Assembly (NCBI GenBank): GCA_019058315.1
Contig: JAHPZH010000003.1
Coordinates: 460,451 to 524,450 of the forward strand
Length of the DNA: 64,000 nucleotides
Direction: 5' to 3'
Origin: Candidatus Helarchaeota archaeon
GTDB taxonomy: Archaea; Asgardarchaeota; Lokiarchaeia; Helarchaeales; RDOG01
The translations under genes were made by a program, and so were the position numbers. Below the pieces are notes generated by a model. That model was not told where the DNA came from. It ran no database searches and worked only from the letters and a program-made list of their open reading frames with translations. Position 1 is the first letter of the stretch; every line of letters begins with the position of its first letter. This document shows, in pieces, positions 30,127-39,800 of this stretch.

Positions 30127-30348
30127 TCAATCTTCTGTAATTTTTTCTATTAACTCTAAGATTGACTCAATTTCTTTCCCGATCTCAAGTGCACGTTTCG
30201 TTAAATCTTCGAGAATCTCGGGATCATTTTCCTCTTTTTCAAGTTCAAAAAGTGCATTTTGAAGTTGTTGGAGTGCCGTGACATAATTCCAAATCCTTTG
30301 TTGTGATTTATTTTTTAAGTTTTGAATACTTTTATCTGATAAAGTCAT
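30127..30348 (-). CDS. Small acidic helical hypothetical protein
   Basis: 73 aa; ATGA overlap with the upstream small gene. Confidence 0.6.
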   Translation of the reverse strand: MTLSDKSIQNLKNKSQQRIWNYVTALQQLQNALFELEKEENDPEILEDLTKRALEIGKEIESILELIEKITED

Positions 30349-30542
30349 TTTGATTCAACCTTTGCTTTGACTAAATAGTAATTTATACGGGTTAGAAAAT
30401 TCTCCTTTTCTTTTTTCCAATGTTCTACTGAAAGTGATTTGGGATCGTTCTTGATTTTTTCTTGGTGAAGGTTATATTGACGTTGGTTACTTAATGCGAG
30501 CTGGAGCAGTTTTTTACGTGAACGGGTTTTTTTCTTTCCCAT
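30345..30542 (-). CDS. Small basic hypothetical protein
   Basis: 65 aa; HQEKI...HWKKE motif; translationally coupled to the next gene. Confidence 0.6.
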   Translation of the reverse strand: MGKKKTRSRKKLLQLALSNQRQYNLHQEKIKNDPKSLSVEHWKKEKENFLTRINYYLVKAKVESK

Positions 30543-30599
30543 GATATATAATACATATATTATTATTTTAATGAATCTAGATTAAAGAAATATTAATGA

Positions 30600-30923
30600 T
30601 TGGTGAGTATAAAGATTAGAACTATGACTCAAAATTTTATTGGAAAATGGGAATCAGAAACCAAGGATTTTAAAGACATAATTTTTGATGAAAAAAATTA
30701 CGAATGGGGAAAAGATAAGGGAAGATGGGCAGTAAATAGTGATGAAATTTGGCTATTAACGAAAAATTCGAAGTATGGGACCAAATGGTTTTTTAAATTT
30801 GAGAGGAATAACAAATTAGTTTTTCTCGATCCAGAGGATTTTATTTATCTTGGTAGTGGTGAATATATTTATTATCAAATGACCCCTCCTAACACAAGAG
30901 TAACGTTTAAAAGAATATCTTAA
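30600..30923 (+). CDS. Hypothetical protein (small beta-rich, FIGKW motif)
   Basis: 107-aa ORF filling the gap; start may be ATG 30624. Confidence 0.55.
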   Translation: MVSIKIRTMTQNFIGKWESETKDFKDIIFDEKNYEWGKDKGRWAVNSDEIWLLTKNSKYGTKWFFKFERNNKLVFLDPEDFIYLGSGEYIYYQMTPPNTRVTFKRIS

Positions 30924-31930
30924 ATTTTTCCTTTTCTTTCTAATTCCTCTTTCATTAAGCTAAGAAGAGTCATAGCAGATTTAGCATCTTCATTCATGGG
31001 ATCAATCTTTAATGCCCTTTCCACATATTCAATACCTTTACCAGGATTCTCCAGTTCACCGTACATCATACCGATATTATATAAAGCCATGCTATTTTTA
31101 GGCTCTAATTCAAGGATTTTTTCAAACATTTCGATAGCTTTTTCAAATTTTTGTAGATTAGCATAAACAGATCCTAAATTGAGCCATCCATTACTATCTT
31201 TAGGATTAATTGTAACAATTTGTTTATAACATTTAATTGCTTCTTCTGTTTTTTCTAACTGCTCATATAGCGAACCAAGATTATCCCAAGCTGGTATATA
31301 TTGGGGATCGAGTTTAACAGCTTTTTGTAAACATTCAACAGCTTTATCATATTCAAATATATTCCTATATGCAACTCCCATTACAGCATATACTTTGCTT
31401 TTTGGACCTTTTAGTTGAAGGGCTTTCTTAAAGCAGTCAATTGCTTCGACATTTCTTTCTGTGGCAATATAAGAAGTTCCCAGATTAATCCATGCATTCA
31501 TATTTTCGGGATTTAATTTTAAGACCTTTTTATTACAATCAATTGACTTTTTGAATTTGCCCAATTTATTATAAGAAATTCCCAAATCAAAATGGTAGTC
31601 CTGATCGCCAGGATTAATGCTTATGGCCTTCTTAAAGCATTTTACCGCTTCCTGATACTTACCTAGTCCGTTATATGCGTATCCAATTGAGTGCCAAGCG
31701 TATTCATATTTCGGATCTATTTTTACTGCTTTTTCGCAGTATTTAATACAGCTCTCATAATCTCCTGACATAGCCCTATACCAACCATGATTATTCAGAG
31801 CTAGAATATGGTTGGGATTAATTTTTAACACATATCCAAAATATCTAGCTGCATTTTTATAATCCTTATGACTAGCGCTGTCATGCCCCTTTTGAAGCCA
31901 TTGATCCACAGTTTTTCCCTTATAAGACAT
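30920..31930 (-). CDS. Tetratricopeptide repeat protein (paralog of the 26-28 kb TPR genes)
   Basis: About 9 TPR units; N- and C-termini align with the paralogs. Confidence 0.92.
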   Translation of the reverse strand: MSYKGKTVDQWLQKGHDSASHKDYKNAARYFGYVLKINPNHILALNNHGWYRAMSGDYESCIKYCEKAVKIDPKYEYAWHSIGYAYNGLGKYQEAVKCFKKAISINPGDQDYHFDLGISYNKLGKFKKSIDCNKKVLKLNPENMNAWINLGTSYIATERNVEAIDCFKKALQLKGPKSKVYAVMGVAYRNIFEYDKAVECLQKAVKLDPQYIPAWDNLGSLYEQLEKTEEAIKCYKQIVTINPKDSNGWLNLGSVYANLQKFEKAIEMFEKILELEPKNSMALYNIGMMYGELENPGKGIEYVERALKIDPMNEDAKSAMTLLSLMKEELERKGKI

Positions 31931-32099
31931 TTGATACCAATTTTTAATTTGATTTTCTTATTTTGAATTAATCATTCCAACTTTTTAATTTTTCAATATT
32001 AATTTAATAGCTCATAATCTTTATAAAGAACCACATACAAAAGGTTTCAAGATAATTTTTTAAGCTAAAAGTAAAAAAAGATTACAAAAGGGAAAGATT

Positions 32100-33137
32100 A
32101 TGTCTGTAGTATATAAGGGAATTGAACGTTTTGTTGAAATTGATGAAAATGGACTTAAAACTCTTGATCTTTCTAATTTTAGAATCAAAGATATTACAGA
32201 AATTAAAAATCTCAAAAATCTGACCCAACTTCAAGTTTTAAAGCTTAGTAGAAATAAGATTAGAAAGATAGAGGGTTTAGAAAACCTCTCCCAATTACAA
32301 TCATTAGACCTTTTGCAAAATCAGATTTGGAAGATAGAGGGCTTGGAAAACCTCTCCCAATTACAATCATTAGACCTTAAGCAAAATCGGATTGGGAAGA
32401 TAGAGGGGTTAGAAAACCTTTCCCAATTACAATTTTTAGGTCTTGCATGTAATCAGATCAAGAAGATAGAGGGGTTTGAAAACCTCTCCCAATTACGAGA
32501 ATTACACTTTTGGTTCAATCAGATCAGGAAAATTGAGGGGTTAGAAAATCTAACCCAATTAAAAGAATTAAATCTTGAAAATAATTTGATATCGAAGATA
32601 GAGGGGTTAGAAAATCTAACCCAATTACAAGAATTAGAACTAGTGAATAATCTGATCTCAAAGATAGAGGGACTCGAAAACCTCTCCCAATTAAAAGAAT
32701 TAAACCTTTGGAATAATCACATTAAAAAGATAGAGGGTTTGGAAAACCTCACCCAATTACAATTATTGAAACTTTGGGAAAATAGGATCACGAAGATAGA
32801 GGGGATGGAAAATCTCTCCCAATTAAAAAATTTATATCTTAAAGAAAATCAGATCACGAAGATAGAAGGATTGGAAAACCTCATTCAGTTACAAACATTG
32901 GACCTTGAGCATAATAAGATCACTAAAATAGAGGGGTTAGAAAACCTCTCCCAATTACAAACATTATACCTTTCACACAATCAGATCTCGAAGATAGAGG
33001 GGTTAGAAAATCTCTCCCAATTAGAGGATTTATACCTTTGGTATAATAAGATCCCAAAGATAGAGGGGTTAAATCTTTCTGATCCTAAAAATGCACAAGC
33101 ACTAGTGGAATATTGTAAAGACTTAAAGAAAAAATAA
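32100..33137 (+). CDS. SDS22-like leucine-rich repeat protein
   Basis: About 13 x 22-aa KIEGLENLSQL repeats. Confidence 0.93.
   Translation: MSVVYKGIERFVEIDENGLKTLDLSNFRIKDITEIKNLKNLTQLQVLKLSRNKIRKIEGLENLSQLQSLDLLQNQIWKIEGLENLSQLQSLDLKQNRIGKIEGLENLSQLQFLGLACNQIKKIEGFENLSQLRELHFWFNQIRKIEGLENLTQLKELNLENNLISKIEGLENLTQLQELELVNNLISKIEGLENLSQLKELNLWNNHIKKIEGLENLTQLQLLKLWENRITKIEGMENLSQLKNLYLKENQITKIEGLENLIQLQTLDLEHNKITKIEGLENLSQLQTLYLSHNQISKIEGLENLSQLEDLYLWYNKIPKIEGLNLSDPKNAQALVEYCKDLKKK
32260..33075 (+). repeat. 66-bp coding tandem repeat array (LRR units)
   Basis: AAGATAGAGGGGTTAGAAAACCTCTCCCAATTA-like core recurs every 66 bp. Confidence 0.85.
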
Positions 33138-33153
33138 AAAATTTAAAGAAAAA

Positions 33154-34284
33154 TTACGCATCAGTTGTTCTGAATTCTTTTACGATATTTTTAATTATTT
33201 CTGATTCTTTTAAGAACTCAGCCATAGGAATTAGATTCATTAGCGAGTTATTTCCGTTGTTTCCTCCACCCATAATTATTACTTTACTGTTTTGTTTTAG
33301 TCCAACAGCAATTTCTTTTGAAGACTGAATCATTCCTTCAACGATCAATTCTAAGGCTTTCATTTTTAAACCTTCTTTTCCAGCCTGATTATATTCCTCT
33401 AGAGCTTTTGCTTTTGCACGAATTCCTGCAGCTTCGGCTTCGGCTTTTAATTGGATAGATTTTGCTTCCGCTTCTGCTTCAATCATTTTAGCCTCACCTT
33501 TAGCATTTGCCAATACAATTTCTTTTTGACGTTCGATTTCAGCTTCTCTTTTTATTTCTAATTCTTTGACTAACATCTTTTTTACAACAAGTTCTTCTGT
33601 TTGAACTGCTACAAATTTTTCTTTTTCAATCTCTACTTCTTTTGCATCTGTATCATTATTTGCTTCAGCGATTCTGGCATTCCTATCTAATTCAGCAGAC
33701 TTGACCCTTTCTAAATCTCTAATCACCGAGCTATCCGAATCATCCCTAATATCTTTGATGTCAAAAATAATTGGTTCTAATCCCAGTTTTATAAATGAGC
33801 CAGTCAATGATTTATAAATACCATCTTCTATAACTTCACGTTCTCTCATAATCGTTAAAATCTTTTTTTGCATACAAATTGTTCTAGCAGAGCTTTGGAC
33901 TGTGTCATCAACAATTCTCCTTAGAGTTTCATAAACATCTTTACCAAGGGTCTCAGCAGCTTTTGCAGGGTTTTTGATTTGAACTTTACAACTTATCCTT
34001 ACAACTAATGGTAAATTGTCCATATCATGCAGTCTAATATCAGGGATGTCAACATCTATTACTTCTTTTGGAATAACAATTCTACGATGATACATTTTAA
34101 AATAATGATATCTTCCTTGTCCATCGTATATATTTTTCTTATCCTTACTCACCACAACATGTGCTTCGTTAGGAGCCACAATAACTATACTACTTATCCA
34201 GATTACCAAGAAAATTATTAATGATATTGTACCAACAACTGCCCCTACAATAATTAAAGTAATAATTCCTACATCTAAAACCAT
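33154..34284 (-). CDS. SPFH/flotillin-like membrane protein
   Basis: N-terminal TM, V.PNEA.VVS, SPFH domain, AEAEA coiled-coil repeats. Confidence 0.88.
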   Translation of the reverse strand: MVLDVGIITLIIVGAVVGTISLIIFLVIWISSIVIVAPNEAHVVVSKDKKNIYDGQGRYHYFKMYHRRIVIPKEVIDVDIPDIRLHDMDNLPLVVRISCKVQIKNPAKAAETLGKDVYETLRRIVDDTVQSSARTICMQKKILTIMREREVIEDGIYKSLTGSFIKLGLEPIIFDIKDIRDDSDSSVIRDLERVKSAELDRNARIAEANNDTDAKEVEIEKEKFVAVQTEELVVKKMLVKELEIKREAEIERQKEIVLANAKGEAKMIEAEAEAKSIQLKAEAEAAGIRAKAKALEEYNQAGKEGLKMKALELIVEGMIQSSKEIAVGLKQNSKVIIMGGGNNGNNSLMNLIPMAEFLKESEIIKNIVKEFRTTDA

Positions 34285-34299
34285 TTAATTCACTCCTAT

Positions 34300-34824
34300 T
34301 TATTTCTCCATTTTTAATTTTTTTATTTCCCAGCTTACGGTTTTACGTATTTCGGCTATTCCTCCATTATATTTTTTAATCATAACTTTATCTCCCTTTA
34401 AATATGGTGGATCAGTTGAATCAAATGCCCTAGCGGGTATCTCTATCCTTTCTCCAGATTCTAGAATGAGCGAAACTTTGCCTATTTCTGTTTTAGTAAA
34501 AGGAATTTCTACAGTTGCACCTTTTCCTTCATAAGTTTTGAGATCTATGGGTTCAGATTCCAGCCAATTTCTAAGGAAATATACAATTGAACTTGTTATC
34601 AAAGAAAAAATTACTGCGACAATGCTGGTTGATATGAAATCATTCGATATTAGAAAACCTATAGTTCCAATAAATCCAAAGTTTATGAGACCACATAAAA
34701 TTGGCATTAAGATAACATCATCAAATTCCGTATCTGTTGATATCACAATTAAAAGGAGAATTGCTCCAATACCACTTACAATCAGAAATAAAATTAACTC
34801 GAATGAAAAAATAATCTCCGTTAA
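34300..34824 (-). CDS. NfeD-like (YuaF-type) partner of flotillin; start uncertain
   Basis: TM helices plus OB-fold (GKGATVEIP, G.V, KGDKV.I); frame open upstream of GTG 34746 through an extra TM helix to an AGGAGG SD. Confidence 0.75.
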   Translation of the reverse strand, partial: LTEIIFSFELILFLIVSGIGAILLLIVISTDTEFDDVILMPILCGLINFGFIGTIGFLISNDFISTSIVAVIFSLITSSIVYFLRNWLESEPIDLKTYEGKGATVEIPFTKTEIGKVSLILESGERIEIPARAFDSTDPPYLKGDKVMIKKYNGGIAEIRKTVSWEIKKLKMEK

Positions 34825-35107
34825 TTTTTTCCTCCTATTATTTTATTATTTGAATTGGATTTCTTAAGATAAGTATTTGTAGTAAATTCTCCTAACCCTA
34901 ACAATCCACATCCTCTTTTTTAAAATGTAAATTCCTTTTATCATTTTTTAAGTGTACAACCGTAACTGGTCTATAATTCTATTAATGGCTTGGTTTTTAA
35001 ATTTGATCTTATTGGCAAAAAGTAGAAAATATTATAATTTTATAAAATTTTAAACTGGAAATGAAAACATATTTTTCTTCTCATAATTAATTTTAAGGGA
35101 TGCTTGA

Positions 35108-35704
35108 ATGGAAAAGCAATCAAAAATAACATATCAAGGACAAGTTATAACAATTAAAGAACAGAAGGTCTTAAAAGAATTAGAAAAGATGCTCGGAAAA
35201 CCGATTCCCCCAGTCTCATTAATAAATGAATTTAGTTATGGTTTTATGGTAAAAAAAGGTTGTATTACAGGATTGGGGCTACGAAACAAGAATTTAAAAA
35301 CTCTTCCAGCATCATTTGGTGATCTTATTTCACTTAAAGAGCTAGTTTTATTTGATAACCGTTTAAAGATGCTTCCCGAATCATTTGGTAATTTGAGATC
35401 TTTGAAATATCTAAGTTTAGTTAGAAATAATTTAATAAAACTCCCAGACTCATTTACCCATTTAATTTCACTCGAGATGTTATATTTAAATGAAAATAAA
35501 ATAGAAATCCTCCCAGAGTCGTTTGGAAAGCTCGAGATGCTCCGTAGATTAAATTTAAGAAATAACCAGTTAAAAACCATCCCGAATTCATTACTAAAGT
35601 TATCGAATTTAGAAATGCTCTGGATTGAAAATAATCCTTTGGATGATGCTGCTAAGCAAATCCTTGAGCAATTAATCAAAAATGGAATATATGTAAATAA
35701 ATAA
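35108..35704 (+). CDS. Leucine-rich repeat protein (LPESFGNL type)
   Basis: 5-6 x 23-aa LRRs. Confidence 0.9.
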   Translation: MEKQSKITYQGQVITIKEQKVLKELEKMLGKPIPPVSLINEFSYGFMVKKGCITGLGLRNKNLKTLPASFGDLISLKELVLFDNRLKMLPESFGNLRSLKYLSLVRNNLIKLPDSFTHLISLEMLYLNENKIEILPESFGKLEMLRRLNLRNNQLKTIPNSLLKLSNLEMLWIENNPLDDAAKQILEQLIKNGIYVNK

Positions 35705-35800
35705 TTTTGTTTTATCACTAAAAATCATATAAAATTCAGAATCTAAACGAGAATTTTCAATTCTTGAATAATTGAAAATTAATTTTCGAAAAAGACATTG

Positions 35801-36817
35801 TTATTTTTTTATTATTTTTTCTCCTGTTAATTTGGCATTCAAAAACGATTCAAACTTTTTAGAAATATGTTTTAATGTAGATAAGGAATATTTAATTGGT
35901 AGAAATCCATATTCTTTATCCAATTTAGCTAAATCTATTTCACCTCTCATTCGAAGCCATTGATCTAAAATTAGAATTGTCTTACCTAAATTCATCCATC
36001 TAACAAAATGATAATTAGCTAATAAATTACCTAAACCGAATAATATAAAAGAAATAATCAAAGGAAAGATACCATCTTTAAAATAAGATAAAAGGAAAAA
36101 TATACTTATTACAATCGTCGTATAACCTGTGATTGCTAGTATATGAGGGGGATGAACATGTCGATATATATACATTTTATCCAAAATTTCGACTTCTCCT
36201 CGCATTAATTTTCCTTTATCCAAATAATAATATGAATTTAGATATTTAGCACGAATTCCCCGCTCCAAAGCCCGTTGAAGTCTAAGTAAACCATATGGGC
36301 AATTTAGTTTTTGCAGATTTAATTCTGTAATCTTATCATTCAAAGGTATCAATTGAAAAATAACATTACGGTCAACTTTATGTCGAAATATGAATAATAA
36401 ACTCCCAATAATAATGCAAGAGAAAGATAATAATGCAGCAACTAATGAAAGGGGACTTAATAGATATATATAATTTATAGTAAAGCAAATAAATAGAACA
36501 CTTGCACCAGGAACACCAAACCAAAATCCAAAAGCGTTAATATTACATTTTTGAGTTCCTAATCCAAACCAAATGAAAAAAAACACGCTAATTAATAGAA
36601 ATATTGACGCGATATTTGAAAATAAAATTGTATCAGAATATGTCTTTAGGGGAAGGGACACGTTTAGATAAAATTTTACAAGATTTTGGAAGAATTCTAA
36701 AGTTATTAATACCATCAACAATAAAGTTATAGAACTAAGGAATGTACAAATTATTGAAAGAATTGGATTTATCCGATCTTTCTTAATTCTTATTTGATCT
36801 TCTAATGATAGATTCAT
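35801..36817 (-). CDS. Multi-pass membrane hypothetical protein
   Basis: About 6 hydrophobic helices. Confidence 0.7.
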   Translation of the reverse strand: MNLSLEDQIRIKKDRINPILSIICTFLSSITLLLMVLITLEFFQNLVKFYLNVSLPLKTYSDTILFSNIASIFLLISVFFFIWFGLGTQKCNINAFGFWFGVPGASVLFICFTINYIYLLSPLSLVAALLSFSCIIIGSLLFIFRHKVDRNVIFQLIPLNDKITELNLQKLNCPYGLLRLQRALERGIRAKYLNSYYYLDKGKLMRGEVEILDKMYIYRHVHPPHILAITGYTTIVISIFFLLSYFKDGIFPLIISFILFGLGNLLANYHFVRWMNLGKTILILDQWLRMRGEIDLAKLDKEYGFLPIKYSLSTLKHISKKFESFLNAKLTGEKIIKK

Positions 36818-36833
36818 TTTAATTATTTATTAA

Positions 36834-39734
36834 TTATTTTAATGCTTTGTCTATTTCCATTGCTGCTCGACGACCATCCGCAACCGACTGAACCACTGTT
36901 CCTGCACCGCGAACGACATCTCCACCTGCATATATATTCGATTTATTTTTAATTTTTAGAGTTTCAGGTTCAACTTCAATTAGTCCAGAATTTCCAAATT
37001 CTTTCTCAAAGTGTTTTGCTAAATCTGCCTCAATCCCTTGACCTACTGCCATAATAATTTCATCAAATTGAAAGTCCTTAAATTTATCTTCGTTGAATTT
37101 AGGAGCAAAATTACCATTTTCGTCAAAGACAGATGTACATTCCATACATGTTAATTTACCATCAGAAAAAGCTTTTGGTCCCCAAGAATTGTGTATTTCA
37201 ATACCAGATTCCAAGATTTCCTCGATTTCTGTTTTTAAAGCAGGCATTTCATCTCGACATTCTAAACAAACCATGGAAACATCCTTGATTCCGCTTTTTT
37301 GCGCAACAGCTATAACATCAGCAGCAACGGAACCTCCCCCAATGACCAATAATTTTCCCTTCACCTCTACTTTGCCATTTTGTCTATAATCCATAATAAA
37401 TGAAAGGGCATCCCTAACTTTAACTTTATCAATACCGGGTATATTCAATTTACGACCTGCCCAAAGACCAGTTGCAATAAATACAGCAGCATATTCCTTT
37501 GATAGCTGTGAGATTGTGATATCTTTACCTAATTCCTTTCCAAACTTGAAATTAATGGTAGAAAGCGAGACCCCTTTAATATCACGTTCAACAGCATCCA
37601 TAGGTAGTCGAAATGGGGGAATTACATTAGTTAGCATACCACCTTTATTTTCTTTCTTTTCAAATAAATCTATTTTATAACCTGAGCGTGCTAAAAAGTA
37701 TGCACACGTCAATCCCGCAGGACCAGCACCTATAATCGCGACTTTTTTACCATTATATGTACTAATACTTTTATCCCATCCATCTTCCCCTGCTCTTTCA
37801 CAAACCCAAGCTTGTAATTGGCCTATTCTTGTAGCCTCATCTGAAAATTCTTTATGATTACAATCTTTTTGACAGAATTTTTCTTGTGGGCATATTAATC
37901 CACAAATTTCACCTAACGGATTCACTTGTCGAATTGATCGTGTAGCACCACTAAAATTATTAGATTCCATCCTCCGCATAAAATTTGATATATCAACTTT
38001 TGCAGGACAGCCTTCAATGCATTTTGCTTCTAAACACCATTGACATTCCATAGCTACCCGTCTTGCTTTTTGATCATCTAGTTTTTCTTCAATGGCTGGC
38101 AATAGTGAACGAGGTTTACCCTCCACAAAATTAACATAGTTTTTCGTGAACTTTTGGTTTTTATAGATTTTTTTTCCTTCGCTTTTTAGTACCATATTTG
38201 CACCACCTACGGCTGAAAGTGTGGTAGATACTACACCTTCTCCCATAGTTGTGCTATCTCCTACAAAAAAAAGATTTTTAAATTCACTTTTCGCACTGGG
38301 TCGCTTGAGTAAATGTTGACCAATAGCTTGTTTTGGACCTCCTATTGAACCGAACTCCCTTAAAGTAAATCGCTCTATGGTAGTAGGAGTTCCGACTTGT
38401 ATATCAATTATGTTTTCTTTCAGATGAGGAAAATATTTTTCAAGATCACCTAATATACGATTAGTCTCTTTCTCTTTTAATTTGTAATATTCTTCAGATT
38501 GATATTTTGGATCTCCAAGTTTTGGAAACTCCTCGAATAATTCAGCAATTACGGTTATTGAGTGAGTACCTTTGGGGCAGATTGAAGGGTCCTCTAAAGA
38601 TGGAATATACAAAACTGCCACTCCACCTTCATAATTAGAAATATCTTCTATGTACATTTCAATGGATCGCGCACCAGGTGGAATAGCTTCTTCATTAACT
38701 GCAATATACATTACTAATGCGCTCAAAGTGGGTTTAAATGAGTTTGCCCAATCAATCTTTTTTTGTGTTAAATGTTTTTTATTGATGAGTTTATTGTAAT
38801 TTTGCCAAATAGAAGTATCAGAAATCACATATTTTGAATGGATTTCTGAGCCATCATCAAGTCGAACACCATAAGCAGTTTTATTTTTAATTAGGATTTC
38901 TTCTACTTTATGTCTATATAGTGCTTTCCCCCCATATCGTTCATATGCTCGTTCAATTGCATTGGGTAACATCTGTGGAGAACCTTGGGGATAGCAAGCT
39001 CCGCCATGATAAGGGATAGAGAATATTGCAGCTGCTAATAAAACAGGGGTCTCTTCAACCTTAGTAGTTAACATGAGAGAAAGAAGCATGTCATAAAATG
39101 TTTTGATTTTAATATCATCCCCAAGGAATTCATCAATGACAGATTTCATATCTTTGTTCATCATTCTTAATAATTTTATAGCACCGATAGGATCTTTAAA
39201 AAACATTTTCATTTTATCAGTAATTGATTGCTCTGATACGGGAATTGGTGAGTCTAATTTCATGAGAATTTGATAAGAATTTTCGAGATATTCATAAAAA
39301 TCATGTAATCCTTTTTCATGTTCCGGAAATGCAGCAACTAATTCCTTAAAAAAGCGATCAAAATCTTTCCAGAAAATAACTTGAGCTAATTTATCCCCTC
39401 TTGGAAAATTACAACGATATATTGAATCATGTTGAATTACATTAATGGGTTCTTCAAGAACATTCATTATATATTTATGTGGGGTGAATCCTTCTTGAAG
39501 AACTTCAGGATCTCCAGAACCCCAGCCAAACAATAATGCGGCACCAACATCAAATGATTGCCCTTTCATTTTTAGAGAGGTACAAGCTCCACCAGGGAGA
39601 TAATGTTGCTCTATTAATAAAGTATCAATACCCTTTTTCGCAAGAAGTGCAGCTGCAGTAATGCCCCCAATGCCAGCACCTACTACGATACAATCATATT
39701 TATCTTTAATTACAGCATTATTAATTATCTTCAA
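36834..39734 (-). CDS. Fusion: CrtISO/CrtI/RetSat-like FAD oxidoreductase plus GltD/PreT-like Fe-S flavoprotein
   Basis: N-terminal GAGIGG, PGG, FDVGA, TPTTIERF; C-terminal CQWC...C...CP, CGLICP...C...C, GAGPAGL, GGGSVA, YAGGD. Confidence 0.88.
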   Translation of the reverse strand: MKIINNAVIKDKYDCIVVGAGIGGITAAALLAKKGIDTLLIEQHYLPGGACTSLKMKGQSFDVGAALLFGWGSGDPEVLQEGFTPHKYIMNVLEEPINVIQHDSIYRCNFPRGDKLAQVIFWKDFDRFFKELVAAFPEHEKGLHDFYEYLENSYQILMKLDSPIPVSEQSITDKMKMFFKDPIGAIKLLRMMNKDMKSVIDEFLGDDIKIKTFYDMLLSLMLTTKVEETPVLLAAAIFSIPYHGGACYPQGSPQMLPNAIERAYERYGGKALYRHKVEEILIKNKTAYGVRLDDGSEIHSKYVISDTSIWQNYNKLINKKHLTQKKIDWANSFKPTLSALVMYIAVNEEAIPPGARSIEMYIEDISNYEGGVAVLYIPSLEDPSICPKGTHSITVIAELFEEFPKLGDPKYQSEEYYKLKEKETNRILGDLEKYFPHLKENIIDIQVGTPTTIERFTLREFGSIGGPKQAIGQHLLKRPSAKSEFKNLFFVGDSTTMGEGVVSTTLSAVGGANMVLKSEGKKIYKNQKFTKNYVNFVEGKPRSLLPAIEEKLDDQKARRVAMECQWCLEAKCIEGCPAKVDISNFMRRMESNNFSGATRSIRQVNPLGEICGLICPQEKFCQKDCNHKEFSDEATRIGQLQAWVCERAGEDGWDKSISTYNGKKVAIIGAGPAGLTCAYFLARSGYKIDLFEKKENKGGMLTNVIPPFRLPMDAVERDIKGVSLSTINFKFGKELGKDITISQLSKEYAAVFIATGLWAGRKLNIPGIDKVKVRDALSFIMDYRQNGKVEVKGKLLVIGGGSVAADVIAVAQKSGIKDVSMVCLECRDEMPALKTEIEEILESGIEIHNSWGPKAFSDGKLTCMECTSVFDENGNFAPKFNEDKFKDFQFDEIIMAVGQGIEADLAKHFEKEFGNSGLIEVEPETLKIKNKSNIYAGGDVVRGAGTVVQSVADGRRAAMEIDKALK

Positions 39735-39800
39735 ATAAAATAACCTTCAAATAAATTTTAATTTTATTTTCATAAATAAGAAAAGAAGGGGTTATCTTAA

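Noticed and set aside
32260-33075. Regularly spaced DNA repeats resembling a CRISPR array or DGR target
   Set aside because: The period is exactly 66 bp in frame within an LRR gene, the intervening segments are homologous to each other, and no cas or reverse transcriptase gene is in the window.
34538-35963. Antisense ORFs 34538..34867, 35236..35718 and 35772..35963
   Set aside because: They overlap better-supported genes on the opposite strand and show no motifs.
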